Assembly: GCA_965649295.1 (NCBI GenBank)
Contig: CBFGKH010000003.1
Coordinates: 1 to 64,000 of the forward strand
Source of the DNA: a candidate division WOR-3 bacterium
Lineage (GTDB): Bacteria > Hydrothermota > Tepidihabitantia > Tepidihabitantales > Tepidihabitantaceae
Reading direction: 5' to 3'
Length of the DNA: 64,000 bases
Within the stretch, counting starts at the first letter, position 1. Each line of letters opens with the position of its first letter. Position numbers and translations under genes: made by a program. Shown here piece by piece: positions 62,848-64,000 of this stretch. Below the pieces are notes generated by a model. It was not told the origin of the DNA and searched no databases. It saw only the letters and a program-made list of their open reading frames with translations.

Positions 62848-62876
62848 ATGCTACAACCACGGCTGCCAATTGGCAA
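62848..62876 (-). promoter_or_regulatory. Promoter TTGCCA-N17-TAGCAT with palindrome TGCCAATTGGCA over -35
   Basis: Read directly; perfect 12-bp palindrome at 62864-62875. Confidence 0.5.
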
Positions 62877-62947
62877 ATCAACCCCGTCATCCACAGCGGC
62901 ACCCCACCCCTTAGACAAAACCCAATCTAGCGCTATAATCGGCGCTC

Positions 62948-64000
62948 ATGCATTTCCACGACTTCGATGCAATTGACATCGAAGACACCAGACTCAAAGG
63001 CAGCGCCAAGGTCTATGTCCGGCGACTGTGGCCGTTCTTTCAGCGCTACCAGCGACTGATTATCGGTGCTTGTCTTGCGCTTTTGGTCTCAACCGGACTG
63101 GGACTACTGGGCCCGGTCCTGCTCAAGCGGGCAATTGACCACGACATCGCGCTCGGCGACCTGCGTGGACTGGCAGTCACATCGCTACTCTACCTTGCGC
63201 TGCAGGGTGGCGTGCTGATTGCTGCCTATCTCCAGAACTTCTGGCTTGCCCTGGTCGGCGAACGCGGCGCGGCCAATCTCAAACAGGCCCTATTTGAGCA
63301 TCTGCTCGAAGTGCCGATGGCATTCTTTGACCGCAACCCGGTCGGCCGGCTGATATCGCGGGTCGAGAGCGACACCGAGGCCCTGAAGATGCTTTTCACC
63401 CGGACAACCGTCACCATCCTGCAAAGCGGCCTGATGCTCATCGGCATGAGCGTCGTCATGGGCCTCACGAGCTGGCGACTCTACCTGCTCGTCGTAATCC
63501 TGCTGCCGCCTTTTGCTGTTGCCTTCTGGCTGTTCCAGAAAAAGGTAAGACCGGTCTATCTCGACGTTCGCAAGACTGTGGCCGAGACCAACACACTCGT
63601 CGCCGAAGCCCTGCGAGGCCTGCCCGTCATTCAGCTCTTCAACCAGCAACGCCGATTTGCTGCCCGAATGGACGAACTGAACCGACGCAAGTTCCGGCAG
63701 GAGATTAGGGCCCAAGTGATGTGGAGTTTGGTCTGGTTTCTCGTTGACTTCGGCGAGATTGCCGCTGTCGGCCTGGTACTCGGGTTCGGTGGGGTGCTGG
63801 CCCTACGCGGACAGTTGACCATCGGCACCCTATTCCTCTTTGCCGCCTACATCACGCGACTGTTCGGGCCGCTGCGGGCAATATCAGACCAGATCAACAT
63901 GATGCAGCGGGCATTCGTCGCTGCCGAACGGACGTTTCATCTGCTCGACCAACCGCTCGAACCAGCCGGCCAGCCTGTTGCTCGACCACTACAGCTCGAA
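62948..64000 (+). CDS. ABC transporter fused permease/ATPase (MdlB/MsbA-like), partial
   Basis: Manual translation MHFHDFD...RRLWPF...GPVLLKRAID...FFDRNPVGRLISRVESD...LTIGTL...AAERTF; runs off window; TAGACA-N16-TATAAT ends 8 nt before ATG. Confidence 0.9.
   Translation, partial: MHFHDFDAIDIEDTRLKGSAKVYVRRLWPFFQRYQRLIIGACLALLVSTGLGLLGPVLLKRAIDHDIALGDLRGLAVTSLLYLALQGGVLIAAYLQNFWLALVGERGAANLKQALFEHLLEVPMAFFDRNPVGRLISRVESDTEALKMLFTRTTVTILQSGLMLIGMSVVMGLTSWRLYLLVVILLPPFAVAFWLFQKKVRPVYLDVRKTVAETNTLVAEALRGLPVIQLFNQQRRFAARMDELNRRKFRQEIRAQVMWSLVWFLVDFGEIAAVGLVLGFGGVLALRGQLTIGTLFLFAAYITRLFGPLRAISDQINMMQRAFVAAERTFHLLDQPLEPAGQPVARPLQLE

Overview
A 64-kb, gene-dense, GC-rich bacterial chromosome segment, mostly encoded on the minus strand. 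Secreted proteins with a T9SS/FlgD-like C-terminal domain, a TPR-sigma54 activator and thermophile-type redox genes suggest an anaerobic FCB-adjacent lineage such as WOR-3 (inference only). Housekeeping content: livHMGF; a dcw cluster (mraZ to ftsZ) lacking murF, ddl and ftsQ; fabG-bactofilin-pdp; rho-rpmE-prfB (programmed +1 frameshift); hflX; rsmI; and a grpE-dnaK-dnaJ-rsmE-rpsU-mutS2-dnaG-rpoD superoperon. Most notable: (1) an operon headed by a CarH-type B12 photoreceptor domain with no DNA-binding domain, followed by a tripartite ABC exporter, DUF523/DUF1722 and UvsE, next to an ECF sigma/anti-sigma unit, which looks like a light/UV-response system; (2) a self-contained sigma54 module: a TPR activator with a GAATGV loop, a palindromic enhancer, a -24/-12 promoter and a 70-aa membrane protein; (3) degenerate 12-bp-periodic intergenic arrays lying just upstream of -35 boxes; (4) a fragmented EEP-family pseudogene missed by the ORF track; (5) a D-to-N change in the MraY catalytic DD motif; (6) many sigma70-like promoters with 16-bp spacers and near-leaderless starts. 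No tRNA, rRNA, CRISPR array or mobile element was recognised.
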